Under the pieces are notes generated by a model. That model did not search any database. It had not been told where the DNA came from and saw nothing but the letters and a program-made list of their open reading frames with translations. A program made the position numbers and the translations under genes. Positions 54,647-63,931 of a DNA stretch of 64,000 bases are shown in pieces. The stretch is from an uncultured Peptoniphilaceae bacterium (GTDB lineage: Bacteria > Bacillota > Clostridia > Tissierellales > Peptoniphilaceae): contig CAYSPO010000001.1 in the NCBI GenBank assembly GCA_964432945.1, positions 21,506-85,505 on the forward strand, given 5' to 3'. How positions within the stretch are numbered: the stretch's first letter is position 1; each line of letters opens with the position of its first letter.

Positions 54647-55768
54647 ATGGAGAAAATAAATTACAGAGAAGAAGTTGCAAACTATAAAGAAGCAATGACA
54701 GATTCTGAAAGAATGAAGAAATATATGTCAGGAGAAGTAGTCGATCATTTACCTTTTAGCTTTTTATCTGCAGAGCAAGCTTTTGCTAATATTTTAGGTT
54801 ATACAACAAGTGAGATAAATAATGATGTTGAAAAATTTGCAGAAGTTGTTAAGAAAAAAGTCAGCCAATATGGAGTTGGTGCAGGTATAAATGTAGGACT
54901 TAGTCTAAGAACAGTAGGGGCTTCTGTAGGTTCTGAGTTATCTTTTCCCGAAAATGGAGTTGACCATGTTGAAAGATATATTCTTGACTATGAACTTGAT
55001 GTAGATTCTTTAGAGTTACCTGATCCATATAACAATAAAGTATTAACTCCCTTGTTAGAACGAGCAAGAAAGCTAAAAGAGATATTTCCTGATGAAGTTA
55101 TCTCAACTTCTGTAACAGGACCTATTTCTAATGCAACATCTATTAGACCAATAGAGAAATTACTTAAAGATACAAGGAAGAACTGGGATGAAGTCGCTAA
55201 ACTGCTAGAGTTTTGCAATGAAGTTTCTATCCTTTGGGTAGAAGCATTCGTAAAAGAGTTTGGTCCTTGTCCAACTAGTATTGCAGATCCTGTAAGCTGT
55301 ACAGATATCCTAAGTCCAAAACAATTTGAAAAAATATCTTTTCCTTATCTCTCAGACCTAGCTATAAGATTAGAAGAGGTAGGTAAAAGTAAGCCAGCCC
55401 TACATATATGTGGCCATACGAAAGGCATTTGGCCATATCTTAGAGAATTAAATATTTCATCATTCTCTGTTGATAATTGGGAGGATATAGGAGAAACAAA
55501 AGAAGCCTTTGGAGATAAGATGCCGATTGTAGGGAATATTCCTCCTACCGATGTTTTGCTTTTAGGAAAACCAGAAGATGTTATAGAGTCTGTAAAAACT
55601 TGTATAAAAAAAGCTGCTGATAGTCCTTGTGGATATATTGTTAACTCAGGTTGTCAAATTGTATTTTCAACTCCTAGGGAAAATCTTGATGCATATACTT
55701 ATGCTATAAGAAAATATGGAGCAAATGCTAAATTAGGAGAAATACCTGAGGCTGTTTTCCAAGATTAA
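54647..55768 (+). CDS. URO-D/MtaA-family corrinoid methyltransferase (paralogue B)
   Basis: SERMKKYMSGEVVDHLP N-terminus. LHICGHTKG...NSGCQIV Zn motif. Confidence 0.75.
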   Translation: MEKINYREEVANYKEAMTDSERMKKYMSGEVVDHLPFSFLSAEQAFANILGYTTSEINNDVEKFAEVVKKKVSQYGVGAGINVGLSLRTVGASVGSELSFPENGVDHVERYILDYELDVDSLELPDPYNNKVLTPLLERARKLKEIFPDEVISTSVTGPISNATSIRPIEKLLKDTRKNWDEVAKLLEFCNEVSILWVEAFVKEFGPCPTSIADPVSCTDILSPKQFEKISFPYLSDLAIRLEEVGKSKPALHICGHTKGIWPYLRELNISSFSVDNWEDIGETKEAFGDKMPIVGNIPPTDVLLLGKPEDVIESVKTCIKKAADSPCGYIVNSGCQIVFSTPRENLDAYTYAIRKYGANAKLGEIPEAVFQD

Positions 55769-55853
55769 ATAATTTAAGGAAAATAATAAATATTAGGTGG
55801 TAAAAATGTAAGAAATTAATTATATAGAAGAATTTAAGAACTACAAATCAAAG

Positions 55854-56924
55854 ATGACTGAAGCAGAGAGAATGGAAAAATACTTTGCAGGAGAAAGAGT
55901 AGACCATATTCCATTTCAAATAGAAGAATTTGATATGCCTTTTTGGAATAATCAAGGGTATACAACTCGTGAGGTAAACAATAATTTTGATTTATTTGTT
56001 GACCTACAAGAGAAAAAATTTAAAGAATATGATTTAAATGGCCTAGCTTTAGGTTATGGTCTTCAAAACTTTGGTGAAGCTCTAGGATCTGAATTAACTG
56101 AGCCGGAAAATGGTGTTAGTAGAATAACTAGACATGCAATGGCAGGTGGAATAGATTTAGAGAATTTTGAAGTTCCAACTCGAGCGAATAATGAATATGT
56201 AAGGGATATGTTTGAAGAAGCAAAGAAATTAAAAGAAAGATTCCCAAATCAAGATATCAATCCTTTTACTGTTGGACCAATTTCTCTTGCAACTGAATTA
56301 AGACCAATTGAAAAGTTTTTAAGAGATCTTAGAAAAGACCCAGAAAGTGCTAAAGAATTATTAGACTTTGTAACAAAGTCATCTTTAACTTTTATAGAAG
56401 AATTTACTAGAGAGTTTGGTAAGGCTGAAGCCTATATACCTGATCCAATAAGTTCGTCAGACCTTTTGAGTGAAGATCAGTTTGCGAATTACTCATTCCC
56501 ATATTTAAACGAGTTAATTGATGGAATTAATGAAATTACTGGATATAAACCTACTCTTCATATTTGTGGATATACAAAGAAATTCTGGTCATACTTATAT
56601 GAATTAAATATTTCTTCTTTCTCAGTAGATAACTGCGAAGACATAGGAGAAACTAAGGAAAAATTTGGAGATAAATTCACTGTTATAGGGAATATTCCTC
56701 CAACAGAAATAATGAGATTCGGTAGCCCTGCAGATGTTGTGGAAGCAGTAAAAGATTGTATAAAAAAAGCAGCTGATAGTCCAAATGGATATATCTTAAA
56801 CCTTGGTTGCGATATGCCTATTGGAACTAGCGAAGAAAATATAGCAGCATTTTTCTATGCAGCTAGAAAATATGGTGCAGATGCAAAAATGGGCGAAATC
56901 CCTGAAGCAGTTTATCAAGATTAA
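55854..56924 (+). CDS. URO-D/MtaA-family corrinoid methyltransferase (paralogue C, N-terminally shortened)
   Basis: AERMEKYFAGERVDHIP N-terminus. LHICGYTKK...NLGCDMP Zn motif. An in-frame ATG-TAA lies 16 codons upstream (55806..55811). Confidence 0.7.
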   Translation: MTEAERMEKYFAGERVDHIPFQIEEFDMPFWNNQGYTTREVNNNFDLFVDLQEKKFKEYDLNGLALGYGLQNFGEALGSELTEPENGVSRITRHAMAGGIDLENFEVPTRANNEYVRDMFEEAKKLKERFPNQDINPFTVGPISLATELRPIEKFLRDLRKDPESAKELLDFVTKSSLTFIEEFTREFGKAEAYIPDPISSSDLLSEDQFANYSFPYLNELIDGINEITGYKPTLHICGYTKKFWSYLYELNISSFSVDNCEDIGETKEKFGDKFTVIGNIPPTEIMRFGSPADVVEAVKDCIKKAADSPNGYILNLGCDMPIGTSEENIAAFFYAARKYGADAKMGEIPEAVYQD

Positions 56925-56929
56925 AATTA

Positions 56930-56965
56930 AAGAACCAACCCTTATTTAGGTTGGTTCTTTTTATT
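56930..56965 (+). terminator. rho-independent terminator
   Basis: AAGAACCAACC-loop-GGTTGGTTCTT followed by TTTATTT. Confidence 0.75.
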
Positions 56966-57154
56966 TGAATTTTATAATAGAAAATAAATGTTTATTACCT
57001 ATATCTTAAGAATTCGAATCAAATAAATTAATCTATTAGTTAAACTTATGGTAAATTATTTTCTTAATAATTGCTTATAACCATTGCAGTTATCAAATCC
57101 TAAGCATATACTCAAATTGTCATATTATCATATTTATAATAAAGGAGTGGTTTA

Positions 57155-57715
57155 ATGGTTGAAACAAACAAAACAAAAATAATGGTTTTTGGTGCATTGG
57201 CTATTGTCTTAAATGTAGTATTAGGTCTTGCTGTATCTTCTTTAAAAATACCTCTACTATTTTTAGACACAATGGGTACTATTTTTATGGCGGCTTGTTA
57301 TGGTACTGGATGGGGAATATTAGTTGCAATTGGAACTCATTTACTTATGGGTATTATGGATGGCTTCGTTGCTTTTCCTTTTGTATTAGTTAGTATAGCA
57401 ACTGCTATTGTTGTGGGAATTATGGCAAAAGATGGTAAATTTGATTACAAAAAAGCTCTTATAACTGGATTAATTCTTGCTATTGTAAGCCCACTAATTG
57501 GAACTCCAATAAGGTTAATTTTATTTGGAGGATTTACAGGCTCTGGTGCAGATATTATTATTGCTGGATTAAGGGCTGCTGGTCAAGAAATATTTGCTTC
57601 TACATTTATTGGTGTAGTTGTATCAAATTTTGTAGATAAAATAGTTTCTTGCCTATTGGTTTCATTACTTATCCAAAAACTCCCTCATAATTTATTAGGA
57701 AGAGAAAATGCGTAG
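57155..57715 (+). CDS. ECF-transporter S-component-like membrane protein
   Basis: 186 aa, about 6 TM segments, glycine-rich helices. It resembles what I recall as the 'CD3073 family putative ECF S component'; I cannot verify that here. Confidence 0.5.
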   Translation: MVETNKTKIMVFGALAIVLNVVLGLAVSSLKIPLLFLDTMGTIFMAACYGTGWGILVAIGTHLLMGIMDGFVAFPFVLVSIATAIVVGIMAKDGKFDYKKALITGLILAIVSPLIGTPIRLILFGGFTGSGADIIIAGLRAAGQEIFASTFIGVVVSNFVDKIVSCLLVSLLIQKLPHNLLGRENA

Positions 57716-58196
57716 TAGGAAATTAATAGCTGTATCTTATTGCTGTCTTAATCAGAATTCAGTTTTACCAAAGTGGGAAAGAGCTAGAGGGGCATATCCA
57801 TTTATGGATAAGTTAGTAAAAGAAGGATACGGAATTATTCAATTAGATTGTCCAGAACTTTTGAGCAAGGGGCTTGATAGACCTCCTTTAGCTTACCAAG
57901 ATTATAATATTGCTAGTCATAGGAGTTTATGTAGAAAATTAGTTTCTAATAGTATTGATACTATTAAGGCTCATATAGCTGGTGGTGATGAATTTATAGG
58001 CATTATTGGAATAGAATCTAGCCCTAATTGTGCTATAGATATTCCAAGTGGTGTATTTATGGAAGAATTAATTAGATCTTTAAGAGAAGTTAATATCTAT
58101 CCGAAATATATAGAAGTTCCTGAGACATATATAGAGAATAATGAAAAAGAAGAAGGCGATTTTGAGATAATACTAGATAATTGGTTGAAAGAATAA
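57708..58196 (+). CDS. DUF523/TudS-related putative Fe-S desulfidase
   Basis: Overlaps the upstream gene by 8 nt. Cys residues in SYCCLNQNS, LDCPE and SPNCA could ligate a 4Fe-4S cluster as in TudS-type proteins. This is a recollection-level assignment. Confidence 0.4.
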   Translation: MRSRKLIAVSYCCLNQNSVLPKWERARGAYPFMDKLVKEGYGIIQLDCPELLSKGLDRPPLAYQDYNIASHRSLCRKLVSNSIDTIKAHIAGGDEFIGIIGIESSPNCAIDIPSGVFMEELIRSLREVNIYPKYIEVPETYIENNEKEEGDFEIILDNWLKE

Positions 58197-58197
58197 T

Positions 58198-58236
58198 AAA
58201 AAACATTGCTAATATAATAAATTAGCAATGTTTTTT
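58198..58236 (+). terminator. rho-independent terminator
   Basis: AAAAAACATTGCTAAT-ATAATAA-ATTAGCAATGTTTTTT. Confidence 0.75.
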
Positions 58237-58697
58237 ATTAAGTACTATTATACTTGATATATATTATTAATTAGAAACATTTATGTGTGAGATAAAAGAT
58301 TAGATTTTTCTATAACAATTTTTTTGTTTTACATATATACTAATAGTGTTAACAATTTTACTTGATTAAAACAAGTGCATAAATTCGAAAAAATAATATT
58401 AAAGGATTAACAGATAATTTTATATAGATATATATTTTTTATTGATGTTTAACTTTTTTTATAAAGGAAAGGCTTTAAAAATTAGTTTTTTCTTTTTTTA
58501 TATGCCTAGATTTACTAGAGTATAATATATGAATAAGTTTATTGTGTTAATAACAAGGCTCTAATATACATTGTATATTTTATCAGCTAAGCTTATGATT
58601 GCATAAGATATAATTATCATTATAACTTTAAGTTTTTTATCTTTTACTATAAACTGATAGTATATCTTTAACTAAAAATAAAAGGAGAGGAGGTTAT

Positions 58698-60185
58698 ATG
58701 AAAAGAAAAATTATTTTATTTGCTAGAGCACCTAGATTAGGGTTTGGAAAAGCTAGGATGTCCGAACTTCTTAATGAAGAAGAAAGATTGGAGCTGGTTA
58801 AGCGGCTACTTCATAATACATTATCCATAATCAAAGAAACAAATATACCTTATTCAATACATTATATTGGAGAAGAAGAAGATATTAAAAGTTTAACAGA
58901 TTCTTTAATAGTTAAGCAGACAGGAGAAAATCTCGGTGACAGAATGTTTAATACTTTGGCCTATGAACTTAAGAACAATGACTCGGTAGTTCTTGTAGGA
59001 TCTGATTTAATTAATTTGAATGCTTCTTATATAGAAGAAGCTTTTTCTTATTTAGAAAATAATCAAATTGTAATTGGGCCTAGTGAAGATGGTGGTTATG
59101 GTTTAATAGGAATGAATAGTGCTAATGATGTTTTTTCTGGTATAACATATAGTCGATCAGATGTTTGTGAAAATACAGTGAAAACAGCTGAAAAACTTGG
59201 GAAAAAAACTAAGATTTTATCTTTATTAAGAGATTTGGACTATCCTGAAGACTTAGTTAGGGAAGAAGTTGGGGCTAATGAAGTAAGCATTCTTGGTCAT
59301 GGAGAGTATAATCTAAACTATAGGTATGATAAAGATTATGTATTTAGAATCAATATAGGTAGTCAGCTTCATCTTGAGGATAATCAGATAGTTTATGAAT
59401 ATCAGGCTCTTAAGAAACTAGAAAATTCAGGCGTTACTCCAAAGGTTTACAAAGTCCAAAAAAAAGGTAAATGGATCCCTAAAGGTTTTTTGACGATGGA
59501 ATTTTTAGAAGGCAAGCCTCTTAATTACGATACAGATTTGGATATAGCAGCCTATCTATTAGCCAAAGTACATAATCAACCATTTACAAATGATGGAATG
59601 ATATTAGCAGATGAGCCTTTCAAAGTTATGTATGATGAATTTATTACTATGTTTAGTGTATATAAAGCTTGGGATAATAAAGATATTAAACTTGAAAGGT
59701 CTATTGAAAACTTACTTAGAATAGCAAAAAGCCGTGGACTTTATGATGAAGTAAAAAGACCATGTATTATAAATACTGAACTTAATAATAGGAATTTTAT
59801 TATTGGGAAAGATAAAGAAAGCTCTTATATAATAGATTGGGAAAAGCCTTTAATTGGAGACTGTGAACAAGATTTAGCTCACTTTACAGCTCCTACTACT
59901 ACAAATTGGAAAACTGAAAAGATAATGACTAGAAAAGAAATTGATAGTTTTCTTGATGAATACGAAAATTATAGATCTATTGATAGAATACTTTTCGATA
60001 AATACTATATGTTCAACTGCTTAAGAGGACTAACTTGGTGCAGTATGGCAAAAGTTGAATATGAAAGTGGTAGGACTTTATCAAATGATGAAACGTTGGC
60101 AAAAATAAATCTTTTCCTATCTGAAGAATTTATTAACTTTATTTACAAAGAATTTTATGAGGTGTATGATGAAAAAAACAACTAA
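58698..60185 (+). CDS. fusion protein: DUF2064 (TIGR04282-like GT-A/nucleotidyltransferase fold) + APH/choline-kinase-like phosphotransferase
   Basis: N-terminus ILFARAPRLGFGKARM...VLVGSDL...DGGYGLIG is a DUF2064 pattern. The C-terminus has IIDWEKPLIGDCEQDLAHF (the APH-family IDWE...D motif), with NTELNNRN in place of HxDxxxxN. Confidence 0.65.
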   Translation: MKRKIILFARAPRLGFGKARMSELLNEEERLELVKRLLHNTLSIIKETNIPYSIHYIGEEEDIKSLTDSLIVKQTGENLGDRMFNTLAYELKNNDSVVLVGSDLINLNASYIEEAFSYLENNQIVIGPSEDGGYGLIGMNSANDVFSGITYSRSDVCENTVKTAEKLGKKTKILSLLRDLDYPEDLVREEVGANEVSILGHGEYNLNYRYDKDYVFRINIGSQLHLEDNQIVYEYQALKKLENSGVTPKVYKVQKKGKWIPKGFLTMEFLEGKPLNYDTDLDIAAYLLAKVHNQPFTNDGMILADEPFKVMYDEFITMFSVYKAWDNKDIKLERSIENLLRIAKSRGLYDEVKRPCIINTELNNRNFIIGKDKESSYIIDWEKPLIGDCEQDLAHFTAPTTTNWKTEKIMTRKEIDSFLDEYENYRSIDRILFDKYYMFNCLRGLTWCSMAKVEYESGRTLSNDETLAKINLFLSEEFINFIYKEFYEVYDEKNN

Positions 60186-60891
60186 GAAAAAAATTGTACT
60201 GTTGTCAATCGTAGGTATTATTGCATTAATTTATTTATTTGTTGAACCAGTTAGAACTGAAATAAACACAGCTGTAAAAGTTCTAACATCTATGGGAATT
60301 GATGGGGTTATTGAATATATTAGAGGATATGGTTCTTATGCAGCTGTAGTTTCTTTTTTACTAATGATCTTACAATCAATTATCTCGCCTATTCCTGCAT
60401 TTTTAATAACACTTTCAAATGCTGCAATATTTGGATGGGTAAAAGGAGCTATTTTGTCTTGGACTTCTTCAATGGTGGGAGCAGTAATGTGTTTTTATAT
60501 TTCAAGAATTTTAGGAAGAGATGTTGCTGTTAAATTTACTGGAAGAGAAGGATTAAGACAAGTAGATGTGTTTTTTGAAGATTATGGTAAGTATGCAATT
60601 TTAGTTGCAAGACTACTTCCTTTTATATCTTTTGATATAGTTAGTTATGCAGCAGGTCTTACTTCAATGAGTCTACCTGCTTTTGTAATAGCAACAGGTC
60701 TAGGTCAGCTTCCTGCAACAATAGTGTATTCATATGTTGGAGGATCACTAACAGGTGGAGCTCAAAAACTTATGATAGCTTTACTACTTCTTTTCGCTTT
60801 AAGTATTGTTATATATGCAGGAAAAAAATATATGAATGATAAGCAAAAGAAAAAAGAAGCTGTAAAAGAAAAAACAAATATAGAAAAATAA
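60157..60891 (+). CDS. TVP38/TMEM64 (DedA-related) family membrane protein
   Basis: Has the SPIPAFLITLSNAAIFG and ARLLPFISFDIVSYAAGLT signature. The probable true start is ATG 60166/60169, after GAGGTG. Confidence 0.75.
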   Translation: MRCMMKKTTKKKIVLLSIVGIIALIYLFVEPVRTEINTAVKVLTSMGIDGVIEYIRGYGSYAAVVSFLLMILQSIISPIPAFLITLSNAAIFGWVKGAILSWTSSMVGAVMCFYISRILGRDVAVKFTGREGLRQVDVFFEDYGKYAILVARLLPFISFDIVSYAAGLTSMSLPAFVIATGLGQLPATIVYSYVGGSLTGGAQKLMIALLLLFALSIVIYAGKKYMNDKQKKKEAVKEKTNIEK

Positions 60892-60912
60892 GAAATTTAT
60901 AAGATAAAGATT

Positions 60913-61614
60913 ATGACTAAAGATAATTTATTCAAAATATTTAAAATAGCTATTTTAATTCTAGTAATATATATAGCTTATAAACTTATACCTTATATGG
61001 ATCCTTATGTAATAAGAGACTGGGTAGATTCAAATGAATCTTTAAGTTCCGTTATTTATATACTTTTATGGGCAATATTACCTATATTTTTATTTCCAGT
61101 TCCAGCCCTTGCTTTGCCGGGAGGAATGATATTTGGTCTTGTAGAAGGAAGTATTTATACTCTTATTGGAGTATTTTTGAATTCTACAATAATGTTTTTT
61201 ATGACAAGATATCTAGCAAAGGATTCTGTGAAAGATTTTCTATATCCAAGATTGCCTGATTCAGTAAAAAATAGGCTATATCTAAAAAATCAAAAATCCT
61301 TATGGATATATTTTGCTATATTGAGATTTTTGCCAGTAATATCTTATAATTTAATTAATTATGCAGCTGGTTTAACTGAAATGAAATACAAGCACTATTT
61401 AACTTCTACTATTATCGGAGTTCTACCAGGAACTATTGCTTATATTAACTTTGGAGATAAACTTATAGAACCTAATCCTAAAGATTTAATTATAGCTATT
61501 GCTATTGTAGCTGTTGTTGTAGTTTTATCGTTAATAGTTGCAAAATTTTATATGCCTGAAGGAGAAGAAAGCCTTGAAGGAAAAGAAGATAACAATAATA
61601 GTTCCGACCTATAA
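60913..61614 (+). CDS. TVP38/TMEM64 family membrane protein (second copy)
   Basis: Has FPVPALALPGGMIFG and LRFLPVISYNLINYAAGLT. Confidence 0.75.
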   Translation: MTKDNLFKIFKIAILILVIYIAYKLIPYMDPYVIRDWVDSNESLSSVIYILLWAILPIFLFPVPALALPGGMIFGLVEGSIYTLIGVFLNSTIMFFMTRYLAKDSVKDFLYPRLPDSVKNRLYLKNQKSLWIYFAILRFLPVISYNLINYAAGLTEMKYKHYLTSTIIGVLPGTIAYINFGDKLIEPNPKDLIIAIAIVAVVVVLSLIVAKFYMPEGEESLEGKEDNNNSSDL

Positions 61615-62239
61615 TGAAATAAATAATATAGAAAAATTTGAAGATAGTATCAGTAAATTGAAGGGAAATTTTGATATTATATTTAGTGATGGTTTTAGTA
61701 AAGATGGAACTTTTGAAAAAATAAGTTATCCTAAAATTCAACAAGCCAAAGGCAGAGGTGCTCAGCTAAATGCTGGAGCTTCTTTAGCAAAAACACAGTA
61801 TCTTTGGTTTGTTCATATTGATTCTATTCCTCATCCTGATAGTATAAAGGCTATTGAGAATTCTAATGTAGATTTAGGATGTTTTACGATAAAATTTGAT
61901 AAGCAGACACCTTTAATGAAATTTGAACAATGGTGTTCTAATATTCGAGTCCCTATGAGGAATATAGCTTTTGGTGATCAAGGAATTTTTATAAAGAGAG
62001 ATCTTTTTGAAAAAATAGGTGGTTATAGAGATATTCCAATTATGGAAGATTATCAGCTTTCAATTGATATGAAAAATTTAGGAATTAAATTTAAACAGTT
62101 AAAACTTCCTATCAAAGCTTCAGCAAGAAAATTCAGAAATGAAGGAATAATTAAAATGATTGGAAAAATGCAGTATCTTCAGCACTTATATAGAAAAGGT
62201 GAGGATATCGAAAAAATTAGAGAACTATATTATGGTTAG
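61538..62239 (+). CDS. family-2 glycosyltransferase (TIGR04283-like partner of DUF2064 proteins)
   Basis: ITIIVPTYNE start of the GT2 fold, followed by FSDGFSKDGT. The real start is possibly TTG 61574, after GGAG. Confidence 0.65.
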   Translation: MQNFICLKEKKALKEKKITIIVPTYNEINNIEKFEDSISKLKGNFDIIFSDGFSKDGTFEKISYPKIQQAKGRGAQLNAGASLAKTQYLWFVHIDSIPHPDSIKAIENSNVDLGCFTIKFDKQTPLMKFEQWCSNIRVPMRNIAFGDQGIFIKRDLFEKIGGYRDIPIMEDYQLSIDMKNLGIKFKQLKLPIKASARKFRNEGIIKMIGKMQYLQHLYRKGEDIEKIRELYYG

Positions 62240-62247
62240 GGGACTTT

Positions 62248-62667
62248 ATGGATAAAGATAGACTACAATATTTAATGGAAAATAACTATAGCTGTTCTCA
62301 AGCAGTATTATGCTATTTTGCAGATAAATATGGGATAGATGAAGATAAAGCTAAAAACCTTGTAAGTGGGATGGACTGTGGAATGAGCCAAGCAAAAACC
62401 TGCGGTGCGGTAACATCAGCTTATTTAGTTTTAGGTCTTGAAGATGCATACGGTGAAAACAATAAGAATGTTAAAGATACTATTAAAATTTTTAATGAAA
62501 AATTTATAGAAGAACACAAAACTTTAGAATGCTATGAACTTCTAGGGTTAGATATTTCCACTGAAGAAGGTATGGTAGAAGCATTCAAAAACGATTTAAT
62601 AAACAAAGTTTGTGTAAATTGTATTTCAGATACAATTAATATTTTAGAAGAGATTATTAAAGAGTAA
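62248..62667 (+). CDS. C_GCAxxG_C_C family protein
   Basis: The Cys pattern NYSCSQAV...KTCGAVTSA...ECYE...CVNC matches that family's signature spacing. Confidence 0.65.
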   Translation: MDKDRLQYLMENNYSCSQAVLCYFADKYGIDEDKAKNLVSGMDCGMSQAKTCGAVTSAYLVLGLEDAYGENNKNVKDTIKIFNEKFIEEHKTLECYELLGLDISTEEGMVEAFKNDLINKVCVNCISDTINILEEIIKE

Positions 62668-62754
62668 TCTAAAGAATTTTAAAAGTATTAGTAATTATTA
62701 TAATGTTATAGATTTATATAAATAAAAAACCCGGCTTTTTTAAGCCAGATTTTT

Positions 62755-63867
62755 TTATTTGTTTATAGATTTCGCTTTATACCTATTCATCCATGAATTA
62801 ACTGATGAATAAGGTCTATAAGAAGTAAAGGCTTTTTCTTTATCATCAAAGATTAAATTTATTATATGGTCAATTTCTCTTTGATTGCCAAGTCTGTTTA
62901 CACATTCTTTACAGTAAGTAACCATTGGCTTATCTCCTTCTGAGCTTCTTCTTTTCATATGCCTTTGGCTTATTTCAGGAGAAGTTTGACTAACCATTCC
63001 TCCTGAAGAACAACAAATAGTTTTGTTTTTAGAATAATCTAGTTCTTCAATAGTAAAACCTAAGGATATTAGAATTTCTCTTATTGATTCTTGAAGTTCA
63101 TCGTCATACCTAGAAGGACAAGGATCATGAATATTTACTATATTGTCGGAATTAGAATACTTACCGATAGCTTCTTTTGGAAGATTATTTGCTAAAATTT
63201 TATAAATAGGAATAACCTCTATACCTTCGCAAAACTCTTTAAAAGTAATACTACAATTTTCGCAAGCAGTAACTATTCTTTTTACTCCTCTTTTTTCAAG
63301 TTCAGCCTTTAGCATATCCATTCTTTCATGAAATTTTTCTTCTCTACCTAGAAAATTAGTAGGCTTTCCACAGCAGCTATTCCAAAATCCAATGCCTGGA
63401 AATATTTCTTTTAAATAATCATAAGTTTTTTCTACTAAACTAGGACTATCAGCAAGAAAAGCACAGCCTGGGAAGAATATTATATCGGAATTCAAATGAC
63501 TTATAGGACTTTTGAATATTTTAGTAAAGCTTAAATCTTGATGGAAATTTGCAGGTGTCGCCTTAACATCACTTTTAATATTACCACCATTAATATATAT
63601 ATATTGTTGCCTCATTTTGAAGAATAAATCTTTAAAACTAACATCTTTCGGGCATACTTCTTCACAATAGCCGCAAAGCATACATGAATAAGGCATATTA
63701 CTAGAAAATTCTAGCTTAGCTCTTAAATCGTTCAATAGATTTTTTGGGTTTTCTGTAAACTCATCTAGCATTGGACAACCACGCATACATAGCTTACAAG
63801 CAATACATTTTTCCGATTCTTCTTCAATTAGATGACATAGCTCATGATTAAATTTTATATTTTGCAT
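62755..63867 (-). CDS. Fe-S oxidoreductase with two 4Fe-4S motifs and CCG domains (HdrD/GlpC/GlcF-like)
   Basis: CIACKLCMRGCP and CMLCGYCEEVCP ferredoxin motifs. Two CCG-type cysteine clusters (...NSCCGKP..., ...ICCSSGG...). Confidence 0.75.
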   Translation of the reverse strand: MQNIKFNHELCHLIEEESEKCIACKLCMRGCPMLDEFTENPKNLLNDLRAKLEFSSNMPYSCMLCGYCEEVCPKDVSFKDLFFKMRQQYIYINGGNIKSDVKATPANFHQDLSFTKIFKSPISHLNSDIIFFPGCAFLADSPSLVEKTYDYLKEIFPGIGFWNSCCGKPTNFLGREEKFHERMDMLKAELEKRGVKRIVTACENCSITFKEFCEGIEVIPIYKILANNLPKEAIGKYSNSDNIVNIHDPCPSRYDDELQESIREILISLGFTIEELDYSKNKTICCSSGGMVSQTSPEISQRHMKRRSSEGDKPMVTYCKECVNRLGNQREIDHIINLIFDDKEKAFTSYRPYSSVNSWMNRYKAKSINK

Positions 63868-63931
63868 AACACTTACTCCTTATTTTTTACTAATAAATAG
63901 GATAGGATATAATTAATATTAAAGAAATATT

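Noticed and set aside
49390-56924. Pyrrolysine (in-frame TAG) in the methyltransferase cluster.
   Set aside because: The methyltransferases are URO-D/MtaA type, not MttB, MtbB or MtmB. No in-frame TAG was seen. The only premature stop, at 55809, is TAA.
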